Source: an uncultured bacterium (GTDB lineage: Bacteria; Chlamydiota; Chlamydiia; Chlamydiales; SM23-39). Taken from it: DNA of 64,000 nt. How positions within the stretch are numbered: position 1 is the first letter of the stretch; every line of letters starts with the position of its first letter. This document shows, piece after piece, positions 1 to 9,166 of this stretch. The DNA is taken from NCBI GenBank assembly GCA_964415395.1, contig CAYPZU010000003.1:5670-69669 (forward strand), written 5' to 3'. The notes beneath the pieces are model-generated. The model saw only the letters and a program-made list of their open reading frames with translations, was not told where the DNA came from and made no database searches. Both the position numbers and the translations under genes were made by a program.

Positions 1-287
1 CCCGTTTCGCCAACCGCCGCAAGCCGGCCGGCCAGCGCCGCCTTCTCAAAGGCCGAAAAAGCCGACTCTCCCTCGGTTTCCACATCGTGCGGCGTTGTGG
101 CTCCCGCATTTAAAATCTCCGGATATTCGTCAGCGAGCTTGAGACCTTCCTCGAGAGTCGGCACATCGGTGCAGATATTCAGGATTTTCGCGACCCCTGC
201 CGCCCGGGCGCGGGCCAGCACCTCGCGAATCTGAGGCAGAACGTCGGGAGAACTTAGGTGGGCATGGGAATCAAAATAACGGATCAT
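1..287 (-). CDS. TatD-family metal-dependent hydrolase, N-terminal portion (rest of gene lies outside the window)
   Basis: Edge-truncated, so absent from the ORF track. My minus-strand translation from ATG 287..285 gives MIRYFDSHAHLSSPDVLPQIREVLARARAAGVAKILNICTD... DSHAH is the N-terminal metal-binding motif of TatD/YcfH-type hydrolases. The ATG overlaps the stop of ORF 284..1162 (ATGA). Confidence 0.7.
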   Translation of the reverse strand, partial: MIRYFDSHAHLSSPDVLPQIREVLARARAAGVAKILNICTDVPTLEEGLKLADEYPEILNAGATTPHDVETEGESAFSAFEKAALAGRLAAVGET

Positions 288-1162
288 AACTCTAGCTCGA
301 TTTCTCTCCGGAATAATTCTTTTTCGCCGATCCTGAGGACGCTTCCGCATCCCTCTCCCTTTGCCAGAACGTCTACAGATAGAGGATCGAAAAATACCTC
401 TTGCACCGGCTCGAAATCGTCAGGGAGATCGAAGATTCTCTTCCCCGCGAACGTATCTTCAACCAGGCTATTCCAGTCGGCGTCGTTCCGGTGGCCCCAG
501 GTTCCCGTTTTCTGCAGACATTCCTCTTTCGTCCTCACCCAGCTGTAGTGGTGGAAGAGCGGCTTGCCGTCAAGTCCCAATACCTTGTCGATTTTCTGCC
601 CTGGATGGCTCAGAAAAGCGCCCAGGCGCTCCAGATCGTTGAGAAGCGTAAGCGGTCCAAAAGAGAAGCGCTTCACAAACAGCGTTGTGTTCGCCGCCTT
701 CTTCGAGCGGTAATTTGCGTGAAGCGCGTAGAGATACGCTCCGTGGCGGATTGCATCGAATCCGCGGTAGCCGCCGCTCTCAAGCCATTCTACAAAGCGA
801 TTTCCATCTGCGATCTCGTCGCTGTCGAGAAACAAAACGTATTCATTCGCCGGATCAGAGTAGCAATACCCGATATAGCGCGCCGTGGCGGCCCAGAAGA
901 TGGCCCAGTCGTCTCGATCCGGGCGATGATAGGGGCTGTAAATCCGTTCAGGATTGTAGGCAAATTCAATAAAACGGCAATCGGAATGGCGCCTGTAAGT
1001 CTCCTGCAAAAGATCCGCCCGCTCCGGAGAGCCGTCGAAAAAATGGTCGCAGACGGGAATGATGATTTCATTTGAAAATTTCTTCGCTTCCGCAATGCAC
1101 CGTCCAAGGAAGCGGAAATCGTTCGTGCAATAACTGATGACAGTGGAGATCTTGTAGCGCAT
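284..1162 (-). CDS. putative glycosyltransferase (nucleotide-diphospho-sugar transferase fold, GT17/GT2-like)
   Basis: 292-aa ORF. It has FSNEIIIPVCDHFFDGSPE near the N-terminus, an acidic DxD-like motif (VLFLDSDEIAD) and HHYSW...GTWGH near the C-terminus. The family call rests on pattern recognition only. Confidence 0.5.
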   Translation of the reverse strand: MRYKISTVISYCTNDFRFLGRCIAEAKKFSNEIIIPVCDHFFDGSPERADLLQETYRRHSDCRFIEFAYNPERIYSPYHRPDRDDWAIFWAATARYIGYCYSDPANEYVLFLDSDEIADGNRFVEWLESGGYRGFDAIRHGAYLYALHANYRSKKAANTTLFVKRFSFGPLTLLNDLERLGAFLSHPGQKIDKVLGLDGKPLFHHYSWVRTKEECLQKTGTWGHRNDADWNSLVEDTFAGKRIFDLPDDFEPVQEVFFDPLSVDVLAKGEGCGSVLRIGEKELFRREIELEL

Positions 1163-1219
1163 CTTGACAATTAGCTGTCTTTTAGACTATCCCTTCTAGG
1201 GTATTCAAGGCAAAAGGAT

Positions 1220-1981
1220 ATGCAATTTCTCGCTTCAGGAAATCCGTTCATCACCTCGTATCTCCAATCCGACTGGTTCGGGAAAGGGATCTTCTGGGGG
1301 CTTTTCCTTCTTTCGGCAGCTTCCTGGGCCGTCCTGATTCATAAAGCCTGGGTCTTTTCCCAGATCTCCCGCCTTTCCAGAGAATTCACCTCTCTGTTTT
1401 CAGAAAAAGATCCGCTCGGCATGCAAGTCACCCGCCCCCAAAAAGGGAGGCTCCTCGAAGTGCCCCACCCGTTCTTCGAGATCTATAAAGCACTGAAGCA
1501 GAAGACTTTGCAGATAATTGGACGAAACCACTTCTTCGCCCCGGTCCAGGAAGGGCCCGTCTTCCTCTCCGACGCAGACCTGGGCCTCATCGAATCGCAG
1601 GTTCAGACAGAGATTTCCACCCAGACCAAAACCCTCGAGAAAAACCTCTTCGTCCTCTCGACGATCGTGACCCTCGGCCCCTTCCTCGGCCTGCTCGGAA
1701 CCGTATGGGGCATTCTGCTTACATTTTCGCAGCTCAACGCCCGGGGCGTCTCGGCCGGCAACGCCGCCATGCTCTCCGGACTTTCCATGGCGCTCGCCAC
1801 CACGGTCATCGGCCTGGTCGTCGCAATTCCCGCTCTCGTCGGCTACAACTACCTTAAAAACGCCGGGCGCGAATATCGGCGCGAGATGGAAAATTTTTCC
1901 CAAACCCTTTTGAGCGCAGTCGAGCTCCAATACCGCAAGCCGGAACCTGTCCATGCGCAAAAGATTCCGACCGCTCCCTGA
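1220..1981 (+). CDS. tolQ: MotA/TolQ/ExbB-family proton channel (TolQ)
   Basis: 253 aa with three hydrophobic segments and the conserved C-terminal core LGPFLGLLGTVWGIL..F...LSMALATTVIGLVVAIPALVGYN. It is the first gene of a tolQRA-tolB-pal order. Confidence 0.9.
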   Translation: MQFLASGNPFITSYLQSDWFGKGIFWGLFLLSAASWAVLIHKAWVFSQISRLSREFTSLFSEKDPLGMQVTRPQKGRLLEVPHPFFEIYKALKQKTLQIIGRNHFFAPVQEGPVFLSDADLGLIESQVQTEISTQTKTLEKNLFVLSTIVTLGPFLGLLGTVWGILLTFSQLNARGVSAGNAAMLSGLSMALATTVIGLVVAIPALVGYNYLKNAGREYRREMENFSQTLLSAVELQYRKPEPVHAQKIPTAP

Positions 1982-2378
1982 TGACGATTCGGTCGAAGAG
2001 CCGCTCATCAATTTAACGCCGCTCATCGACGTCGTCTTCGTCGTCCTCATCAGCTTCATGCTGATCGCCCCGATCCTCGACGTCGATTCAATCGATCTCG
2101 CCCTCAGCGGCCCCGCTTCCCAAAAAGAAAGCGCCGAAGCGCAAAGCAGCCCCGTATCCGTTTCCGTGCGCGCCGACAATTCGATCTGGATCCGCGGCGC
2201 CCAAATTCAGCTCAAGCAGCTCGAAGCCCTCTTGCGCGATGAGAAAAAAAGACATCCGAAAGCCATTCCCCAGCTCATTCACGACAGCAGGGCCCAGTTT
2301 GGAACCTACCAGTCGATCAAGAATGCCTTTGAAGCCGCTGGATTCGAGCAAATGGATGTGATTTTAAAGCCGAATTGA
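1953..2378 (+). CDS. tolR: ExbD/TolR-family protein
   Basis: 141 aa. The N-terminal INLTPLIDVVFVVLISFML anchor is typical of ExbD/TolR. It overlaps the tolQ 3' end by 29 nt. Confidence 0.9.
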   Translation: MRKRFRPLPDDDSVEEPLINLTPLIDVVFVVLISFMLIAPILDVDSIDLALSGPASQKESAEAQSSPVSVSVRADNSIWIRGAQIQLKQLEALLRDEKKRHPKAIPQLIHDSRAQFGTYQSIKNAFEAAGFEQMDVILKPN

Positions 2379-3112
2379 TGAAGCTCCTCAACTGGTTTTT
2401 TTCTCTAACCCGCGCCCGCCAGATCGGCGTCTCCGTCGCCCTCGCTCATCTCCTGCTCGTCTTCGCCCTCTGCATCCACCATCTGGCAACCAGACGGGAG
2501 CCCCCCAAGCGCCCCATCGCCGTCCGAACCCGCATCCCTGCAATACAGCAGAAACCCCAGCCCCGTCCTGCCGCTCCGCAGAAAATCGCGCCCGCTCCAA
2601 CAGCGGCGGCCAAGCCCGCTAAAACAACCGCGAAACCCAAAGCGCAAAAACTCCAGGCGCCTCCCGCCAAAACAACCAAATCGATCCAGCCTGCAAAAAA
2701 AAACACCGACAAACAGCTTCTCGATGCAATCGCCGAAAGCCTGGAGCAAATCTCCGCTCCTGCGCCAGCGCCAGCTCCGCAATCGCGCCTTTCCCTCCCT
2801 TCGCTCCTCGCTCCGAAAAATCCCGTTGTCCAGCAGGAAGAGAGCGGCGACGAAAGCTACGGAGAGTTTTTGATCGGCTATCTCCAATCTGCGCTCGATC
2901 TTCCCGAAATCGGCGAAGTCATGGCCCGGATCGAAATCACCCGCGACGGGAAACTCGCATCCTGCGAAATCCTCTCTTCAAGAAGTCGGAAAAACAGCGA
3001 ATTCCTGAAAAACCGGTTGCCAGAGCTCTCCTATCCGTGTTTTAATGACTTCCGCCTGGATGAACCTTCATTGCAATTTACGATTACGTTTAGAAATGCG
3101 GACGCTTCTTAG
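2378..3112 (+). CDS. TolA/TonB-like protein (N-terminal anchor, Pro/Ala/Lys-rich spacer, TonB-C-like domain)
   Basis: It has a hydrophobic anchor (VSVALAHLLLVFALCI), a long PxxP/AKP/PAPAPAP spacer and a small C-terminal domain. The ATG at 2378 overlaps the tolR stop (TGATG). Position between tolR and tolB supports the call. Confidence 0.75.
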   Translation: MKLLNWFFSLTRARQIGVSVALAHLLLVFALCIHHLATRREPPKRPIAVRTRIPAIQQKPQPRPAAPQKIAPAPTAAAKPAKTTAKPKAQKLQAPPAKTTKSIQPAKKNTDKQLLDAIAESLEQISAPAPAPAPQSRLSLPSLLAPKNPVVQQEESGDESYGEFLIGYLQSALDLPEIGEVMARIEITRDGKLASCEILSSRSRKNSEFLKNRLPELSYPCFNDFRLDEPSLQFTITFRNADAS

Positions 3113-4442
3113 TTTTCTACTTCTTCCCCTCTTCCTCTTCAGCCAAGAGCTCGAAGTCCGGCTGCAGACCCGTTCGCCCCTGAAACCCGTTTATCTCAGC
3201 CGCCTCTCGACTCCGCCGAATCAAACCGACTGGCGCTACTACGACGAAATCCGCTCAATCCTCGAATTCGATTTCAACGCGAACGGCTTTTTTGCCGTCC
3301 TTGAAACAAAAGACAGCCTCGAAGACTCTCTCCGCATCCCCGATGCGCGGAGCCGCTTCGACGTTTCGCTCTGGAGGAAAGAAAAAACATCGTATGTTTT
3401 TTCGCTCCAGGCAGCGCAAAACAAGCTCAGTCTCACAGCCTTTAATATTGAGAAAGGCACCTCGAAAAAATATCCCGACGTGCCACTTACAGGCCGGATT
3501 GAAACCGACCGGGGAGCGCTCCACCGGCTCGCGGATGCGGTTCAAAAAGATCTTGTGGGCATCGAAGGAATTTCGTCGCTCAGGATTCTTTACGTCAACA
3601 GAATCAAGAACGCCGATTCAAAAGGGCCTGAATGGCTCTCGGAGGTCTGGCTTTGCGATTCGGATGGCGCCGCGCCGCGCCAGATCACGCGCGAAAACAG
3701 CTATTGCATTTCTCCTTCGTTCCTTCCTCAAAGCTCGTCGATAGATCCGGAATTTTTGTACGTGTCGTATAAAACAGGGCAGCCGAAAATCTACCGCGCC
3801 TCCCTTTCCCAGCCGAAAGGGGAGCCGCTGGTCTCCCTCCGCGGCAACCAGGCGCTCCCCGCTTTAAGCCGCAAAGGGAATCAGCTCGCCTTTATTTCGG
3901 ACGTGGCGGGACGCCCCGATCTGTTTCTGCAGACTCTCGACGCAGGCGGCCGAATGGTCGGCAAAGCGCGCCAACTCTACTCGTCGCCGCGGGCCACCCA
4001 AGCATCTCCCACCTTCAGCCCCGACGGGAAACAGGTTGCCTTCGTTTCAGATAAAGACGGCCCGCCCCGCGTCTATCTCCTCGACGTCCTCGGCCCCAAA
4101 GAAACCAAACGGGCCGCGCCCCGCCTCCTCACAAAAAAGAATCGGGAAAACACCGCCCCCGCCTGGTCCCCAGACGGCAAACGGATCGCCTATAGCGCGA
4201 AAACAGAAGGCGTCAGGCAAATCTACATCTACGATCTCTCCGCGGATGAAGAAATTCAGCTCACGACCGGGCCGGAAAATAAAGAAAACCCCGCTTGGGC
4301 GCCAGACAGCCTCCACCTCGTTTACAACACCGAAAGCGAAGATATCTGCGAACTCTATCTCCTCCATATCAACGATCCGCAGCCCCTTCTTCTCACAAAA
4401 GGCCCTGGACAAAAACGGTTCCCTTCTTGGGAACCCCGCTGA
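3096..4442 (+). CDS. tolB: TolB periplasmic beta-propeller protein
   Basis: I prefer the internal ATG at 3096 because it yields the signal peptide MRTLLSFLLLPLFLFS. The protein carries repeated SPDG/APAWSPDG propeller motifs (PTFSPDGKQVAFVSD, APAWSPDGKRIAYS, NPAWAPDSLHLVY). Confidence 0.9.
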   Translation: MRTLLSFLLLPLFLFSQELEVRLQTRSPLKPVYLSRLSTPPNQTDWRYYDEIRSILEFDFNANGFFAVLETKDSLEDSLRIPDARSRFDVSLWRKEKTSYVFSLQAAQNKLSLTAFNIEKGTSKKYPDVPLTGRIETDRGALHRLADAVQKDLVGIEGISSLRILYVNRIKNADSKGPEWLSEVWLCDSDGAAPRQITRENSYCISPSFLPQSSSIDPEFLYVSYKTGQPKIYRASLSQPKGEPLVSLRGNQALPALSRKGNQLAFISDVAGRPDLFLQTLDAGGRMVGKARQLYSSPRATQASPTFSPDGKQVAFVSDKDGPPRVYLLDVLGPKETKRAAPRLLTKKNRENTAPAWSPDGKRIAYSAKTEGVRQIYIYDLSADEEIQLTTGPENKENPAWAPDSLHLVYNTESEDICELYLLHINDPQPLLLTKGPGQKRFPSWEPR

Positions 4443-4512
4443 ATATTTTCTGCCGGCATTGCATAAGAATTCAGGTTTAAGATAAATTGAATCTAAGGTT
4501 TGAGGAAAAATT

Positions 4513-5190
4513 ATGAAGCGATTCTTTCCTGTTGTTCTCGGTTCGATCGTCTTACTCGCTGGAGGATGCGTCTCCAATAGCAGTCAATCATGGGAAGACG
4601 TGAAAACAGCCGGACGCTACATGTCTCGGGGCGTTAACGCCCTTGTCGGAAAAGATTACGAATCCCGCATGCTCACCTCCGATGAAGAATTCATCGGCCC
4701 GTACGACGACGAATTCATCCCCTTAAGAGACTCCGATCTGAGCGGCATGTTCGCTGCGAGCGACAGCGCGCTCCCGCAGCCTAAAGGAATTCCCGGAGAA
4801 AAAGGGATCCCCGGCCTGGGGCAGTTCTACGCTGCGCCCGATTCGATCAGCGGACTCTTCAACCCGGTTCACTTCGATACGGACGACCATATCGTGAGAG
4901 ATAAAGCCGAAATTTCCGCTCTGATCCAGCTGGCCAATTATCTGAAAAAGAACCCCTCCGTCTATCTGGTTGTCGAAGGCCACACCGATGAAAGGGCAGC
5001 TGCAAGCTACAACATGGCTTTGGGAATGCGCAGAGCCAACTATGTTCGCTCATTCCTTGTGAAAAACGGCGTCGATCTCAACAGGATCTATACTGTTTCT
5101 CGGGGAAAAGAACACCCCCTGGCCCAGGGCCATTCAGTGGATGACTGGAAAGTCAACCGCAGATCCGAATTCAAGATGTATCAGAAATAA
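4513..5190 (+). CDS. pal: peptidoglycan-associated lipoprotein (OmpA-C domain)
   Basis: It has a lipobox (LLAGGC). The OmpA-like C-terminal domain reads VHFDTDDHIV...VVEGHTDERAAASYNMALGMRRANYVRSFLV..G....I.TVSRGKEHP. Confidence 0.9.
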   Translation: MKRFFPVVLGSIVLLAGGCVSNSSQSWEDVKTAGRYMSRGVNALVGKDYESRMLTSDEEFIGPYDDEFIPLRDSDLSGMFAASDSALPQPKGIPGEKGIPGLGQFYAAPDSISGLFNPVHFDTDDHIVRDKAEISALIQLANYLKKNPSVYLVVEGHTDERAAASYNMALGMRRANYVRSFLVKNGVDLNRIYTVSRGKEHPLAQGHSVDDWKVNRRSEFKMYQK

Positions 5191-5192
5191 TC

Positions 5193-5861
5193 ATGCGCAC
5201 ATGCGGAATTCTGGCGGGGATTGCGATTCTTTGGACCGCTTCCTCCTGTTCCCCGCTCCGCTCTTCTCCTCTAGATGAAAGGCACCAGTGGGAATTGACG
5301 CTCCACGAAGTGCAAACCAATCTCGACGACCTCCGCCATGACATCAACTGCTTCCAAACTGAAATCCAAATTCTCGACGGCCGGATCAAATATTATGAAA
5401 ACGCGCTTGCTTCGCTGAAGCAGCAGGATCTGGAAAAACACCAGGTCAAAATCGACCAGCTTGCGCAGCAGATCCATGCTCTCGAAAAGAAATGGACCAG
5501 CCTGGACAAAAACCGCGAAGGAGACGCAGGAGAAATCCAGCAGCTTCTGTCCCACGCCAACGAGACGACGGCCGCTCTTTCCCAGTTCAAAGACCGGATC
5601 CAGGAGCTTGAGCAGGACATCCTTTCCCAAAACCGCAGATTCGACGAGATCGCAAAACTCCGCGGCAACATCGAGACGATTGCCAAAGGAATCCGCAACA
5701 GCGCCGACATTTCCTACAAAGTGTATAAAGTGAAGCCGGGCGATTCCCTTGAAAAGATCGCCAAAGCCCACAAGACGGCTGTCGAGCGGATTAAAAAAGC
5801 GAATGGACTTGAGCAGGACCTGATCGTGGTCGGACAAGAGCTCAAAATCCCCAATGAGTAG
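5193..5861 (+). CDS. coiled-coil lipoprotein with C-terminal LysM domain
   Basis: It has a lipobox (WTASSC), a roughly 150-aa heptad-rich region, and a C-terminal LysM (YKVKPGDSLEKIAKAHKTAVERIKKANGLEQDLIVVGQELKIP). It starts 3 nt after pal. Confidence 0.8.
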   Translation: MRTCGILAGIAILWTASSCSPLRSSPLDERHQWELTLHEVQTNLDDLRHDINCFQTEIQILDGRIKYYENALASLKQQDLEKHQVKIDQLAQQIHALEKKWTSLDKNREGDAGEIQQLLSHANETTAALSQFKDRIQELEQDILSQNRRFDEIAKLRGNIETIAKGIRNSADISYKVYKVKPGDSLEKIAKAHKTAVERIKKANGLEQDLIVVGQELKIPNE

Positions 5862-6705
5862 AGACCCTGTCCAGCCGATCGGGCTGTTCGACTCCGGATT
5901 CGGAGGATTGACCGTACTCAAACAGGTTCGCCGTCTCCTCCCTTACGAAAATACCGTCTACCTGGGAGACACAGCGCGCCTTCCCTACGGCAGCAAATCG
6001 CCTCAGACCATCCTCCGATTCGCGGAAGAGAACGCCAGTTTTCTTCTCGAAAAGAAAATCAAAATCCTGATCGTCGCCTGCCACACCGCCTGCTCCCATT
6101 CGTTTGAGATTTTAAAAACTAAGCTCCCAATCCCCGTGATCGGAGTGATCGAACCGGGAGCCAGACTTCTGGCTCAGGCGACAAAGACGAAGCGGGTTGC
6201 AGTGCTCGGAACTGCGAGCACGATCGGCTCGGGGATCTACCAGAATCTTTTCCAGTCCCGCTATCCGGAAATACAGATCTATCCCGTCTCCTGCCCTCTT
6301 TTCGTTCCCCTGGTCGAAGAGGGCTTTTACGCCCATCCCGCGGCCGCATCGATCGCTAAAGATTACCTGAGCCGCCTGGAAAGCACTGATATTGACGCAG
6401 CGCTTCTCGCATGCACACATTATCCTCTGATGCGCGCGATCATCCAGAAAACGCTCGGATCCCACGTTGAACTGATCGAACCAGCCCAGGCCGCGGCAGA
6501 GGAAGCTGCATCCGTTTTGCGGCAAATGAACCTTCTCAACGAAAGCCGCAAAGCGCCAGCCATCGAATTCTACGCCACTGACGATCCAGAAAAATTCCAA
6601 AGGCTAGGAAAAGCATTCCTGGACCGCGAGATCGAACGGGTGATTCTCAAAAAAAATTATGAGCCGGCTATTGAAAAAAAAAAAGAATTTATGAAATTAT
6701 TTTAA
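5854..6705 (+). CDS. murI: glutamate racemase
   Basis: The N-terminus IGLFDSGFGGLTV is typical of the family. The two catalytic-Cys contexts are present (ILIVACHTA, ALLACTHYP). Confidence 0.9.
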   Translation: MSRDPVQPIGLFDSGFGGLTVLKQVRRLLPYENTVYLGDTARLPYGSKSPQTILRFAEENASFLLEKKIKILIVACHTACSHSFEILKTKLPIPVIGVIEPGARLLAQATKTKRVAVLGTASTIGSGIYQNLFQSRYPEIQIYPVSCPLFVPLVEEGFYAHPAAASIAKDYLSRLESTDIDAALLACTHYPLMRAIIQKTLGSHVELIEPAQAAAEEAASVLRQMNLLNESRKAPAIEFYATDDPEKFQRLGKAFLDREIERVILKKNYEPAIEKKKEFMKLF

Positions 6706-6737
6706 ACGACGCCGAGCTCTTTCCCAAGAGGTATAAA

Positions 6738-7436
6738 ATGAGCCAAAAGAAGCGAATCCTGCTGATTGAAGATGAAGAAGACATCGCCGCACTGATCAAA
6801 CTCCAAGCTGAATTATCCGGCTACAAGCTCCACGTTGAAGTCGACGGCATCAACGGCTATCGAGCCATCGAGCGGGAAAAACCCGATCTCGTCATTCTCG
6901 ACATCATGCTGCCTGGAGAAAACGGACTTGATGTTTGCCGCAAAATGAAGAGCAACGCCGAACTGAAGAACATTCCAGTGATCATTCTCTCTGCAAAAGG
7001 GGAAGAGCTTGACGTCGTTCTCGGCCTTGAACTCGGAGCGGACGACTACGTGCCGAAACCATTCTCTCCCAAAGTTCTCTTCTCCCGCATCAAAGCGGTC
7101 ATGCGCCGCGGCAAAGAGCCGGAAAAAGTGGCTAAAACCGTCAAGTTCAGCGACTTCAACCTCGATATCGACCGCTATATTCTGCGGAAGGGGGACAAAA
7201 TCATTCCGCTCACCCTGTCTGAATTCGGAATCCTGCGCCGCCTCGTCACAAACCGGGGGAAAGTGCTGACCCGCAACCAGCTTCTGGATGATATCAACAA
7301 CGACGACGCATTCATTGTCGACCGGAATATTGACGTCCACATCGCCTCGCTCCGCAAAAAACTGGGTCCTTCCTTCGACTGGATCGAGACTGTGAGGGGC
7401 GTCGGCTACCGTTTCCGCGAAGAGCCTTCCATCTGA
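6738..7436 (+). CDS. OmpR/PhoB-family response regulator
   Basis: The receiver domain has acidic residues (LLIEDEED), the phospho-acceptor context (DLVILDIMLPG), and the S/T and K positions (ILSAKGE, YVPKPF). The C-terminus is a winged-helix domain (VDVHIASLRKKL...IETVRGVGYRF). Confidence 0.9.
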   Translation: MSQKKRILLIEDEEDIAALIKLQAELSGYKLHVEVDGINGYRAIEREKPDLVILDIMLPGENGLDVCRKMKSNAELKNIPVIILSAKGEELDVVLGLELGADDYVPKPFSPKVLFSRIKAVMRRGKEPEKVAKTVKFSDFNLDIDRYILRKGDKIIPLTLSEFGILRRLVTNRGKVLTRNQLLDDINNDDAFIVDRNIDVHIASLRKKLGPSFDWIETVRGVGYRFREEPSI

Positions 7437-7456
7437 TTCATTCACAAAGAGGGGAC

Positions 7457-8668
7457 TTGGATAAAAACCCATTCTATTGCTCCTTTTCCCCTCTTACAGT
7501 GCTGTTCCTCACCTATTTTTTTCAGGCGTTCGAAGTCTATCTCATCCTGCCGACTTTCCAGTATCTGGCAGCCCGATTCACCCCTTCCCCCCTGCTGGAC
7601 GCATCCCCGATCGGAATTTTATCGATCTCTCTAAGCCTGTATTTTGTAGGAACCATTCTGCTCACTCCCTATCTGGGCGCCTTCGCTGATTCGTTCGGCA
7701 AAAGAAAAGCTCTTCTCTTCATCGAAATCCTCCGTTTTACCAGCCTCTCTCTCTGCGGCCTCGGATTCTGGTCTGCCTACGCCGCATTCTATTTTTTCGG
7801 CCGCTTTATCTACGGCGTTTCTTCAGCCGTCTCCTTCGTAAGCCTCGCATCCATCGCCGACCTTTACGACGGAGTAAAGAGCCGCATCCGGGCATTCGGC
7901 CTCATCCGAATGATCGACGGCATCCTCCTCTCGTTCTATTTATATATGATCACGACTCTGCCTCACCCCTCTTTCGATCCGATCCCCACTCCCAATCAAA
8001 TCTATTTGATCGCCAGCCTGGTTTCCTTATTCGTCTTCTCTTTTCTCTACACCAATTTTAAAGAAACCCAGCCTCAGGTTCATGAGTGGAACGGGCCCTG
8101 GCTCCGCTGCTATAAAGGGTTCGGTCAAATTCTGAAAGAACCTCAACTTAAATTCCTTCTGCTTCTTTATATTATCTGGGCTTATTCTTTCGGGTGTTTA
8201 GCCAAATATGCAACTTCAAGCATCTACTTTCAATCTGGAGAATTCCTTCTGGTTATTTTCCTGTTTCTTTTCACATGCCTCCTCAGCGCGGCAGGATATT
8301 TCCTCGTGCCTCTCATCTTTCCCCGCATCGGCGCTAAACCCATCTTCCTCTTCAGCTTTGGAACGGCCGCTGTTTTATCCGCTCTCTACGGAATCGGGTA
8401 TTCCATTCCGCTGATCTCCCTTCTCCTCTCCGGATTTTCTATGGGCTTGCTCCTGACGCTCTTTCCTTGGCTCCTGAGCCAAATCATCCCCGCCGGCCTT
8501 CTCAGCAGAACCTTTTCGCTCAAACACGCTCTCTGGGGGGCAGGGCTTCTGACCAGCTACTACTTTCCCATCAATCCTCTGCCTCTCCTCCTCCTCTCCA
8601 TTATCCTCCTCATCCGCTTCCATCCGCGGCCTGAATTCTTCCCCCCAGCGGAATATGCTGGTGAATAA
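7457..8668 (+). CDS. MFS-type transporter (TTG start as drawn; start uncertain)
   Basis: 403 aa with about 12 hydrophobic segments. An MFS loop motif is present (GAFADSFGKRKALL). Confidence 0.7.
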   Translation: MDKNPFYCSFSPLTVLFLTYFFQAFEVYLILPTFQYLAARFTPSPLLDASPIGILSISLSLYFVGTILLTPYLGAFADSFGKRKALLFIEILRFTSLSLCGLGFWSAYAAFYFFGRFIYGVSSAVSFVSLASIADLYDGVKSRIRAFGLIRMIDGILLSFYLYMITTLPHPSFDPIPTPNQIYLIASLVSLFVFSFLYTNFKETQPQVHEWNGPWLRCYKGFGQILKEPQLKFLLLLYIIWAYSFGCLAKYATSSIYFQSGEFLLVIFLFLFTCLLSAAGYFLVPLIFPRIGAKPIFLFSFGTAAVLSALYGIGYSIPLISLLLSGFSMGLLLTLFPWLLSQIIPAGLLSRTFSLKHALWGAGLLTSYYFPINPLPLLLLSIILLIRFHPRPEFFPPAEYAGE

Positions 8669-8713
8669 TTAATTCCGGGACTAATTAGAAGTTGAGAAGA
8701 AGGTAGGCGGCTT

Positions 8714-9157
8714 ATGCGATTGATTCGGCACACTCTATTAATCATAACACTCTTAAGCTTAACGAATTGCGCCAGCAACACAGGAACAGGAGTTCTGGGA
8801 GGCGGAGTGGTTGGAGCGAGCATCGGCGGAGCGATCGGCGGCGGCAGCGGCGCGCTCATCGCCAGCGCAGCAGGCGTAGTAGCCGGAGGACTCATCGGCG
8901 CAGGTCTTGACGAACAAGACCGGAAAGTCATGGAGAAAAGCAGCCCCCGCACCGTCGACCGGATGGACCGCCGAGAGCCCCTGACAATCAACGACGTCAT
9001 CAAACTCAGCCAAAGCGGAGTCAACGACGACTCGATCATCCGCTATATCCGAGATACCGGAAGCGGATACAACTTGACCCAGACGCAAATCCGCAGGCTC
9101 CAGGATACCGGCGTAAGCCAACGAGTCATCAATTACATGGTCGACACCAGCAGGTAG
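8714..9157 (+). CDS. glycine-zipper lipoprotein
   Basis: It has a lipobox (LSLTNC). A Gly-zipper stretch follows (GVLGGGVVGASIGGAIGGGSGALIASAAGVVAGGLIGAG). The C-terminus carries two repeats of the G-V-x-D/Q-x-x-I-I/N-x-Y-I/M type. Confidence 0.75.
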   Translation: MRLIRHTLLIITLLSLTNCASNTGTGVLGGGVVGASIGGAIGGGSGALIASAAGVVAGGLIGAGLDEQDRKVMEKSSPRTVDRMDRREPLTINDVIKLSQSGVNDDSIIRYIRDTGSGYNLTQTQIRRLQDTGVSQRVINYMVDTSR

Positions 9158-9166
9158 CCAGCACCT

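Noticed and set aside
401-1075. Long ORFs lie antisense to or out of frame with confidently assigned genes. Examples are 401..1075(+), 1400..2179(-), 17434..18207(-), 20145..20831(-), 31117..31899(+), 45905..46555(+) and 54581..55195(+).
   Set aside because: They fall entirely inside genes with clear family motifs on the other strand or frame. Their translations are Arg/Gly/Pro-rich low-complexity sequence typical of shadow ORFs in GC-rich DNA.
2560-2800. The DNA here looks repetitive (PAPAPAP, AKP/KPA codons). Similar stretches occur at 10641..10680 (poly-Pro) and 23090..23190. These could be CRISPR-like or tandem-repeat arrays.
   Set aside because: They are in-frame low-complexity coding sequence for Pro/Ala/Lys linkers. 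They lack regular repeat-spacer periodicity.
3040-3080. A possible sigma-54 promoter (GG...TTGCA) lies near the tolB start. A similar GG/TTGCA pair occurs near 34840.
   Set aside because: The spacing between GG and GC is 13 nt (or 4 nt) rather than the required 10 nt.
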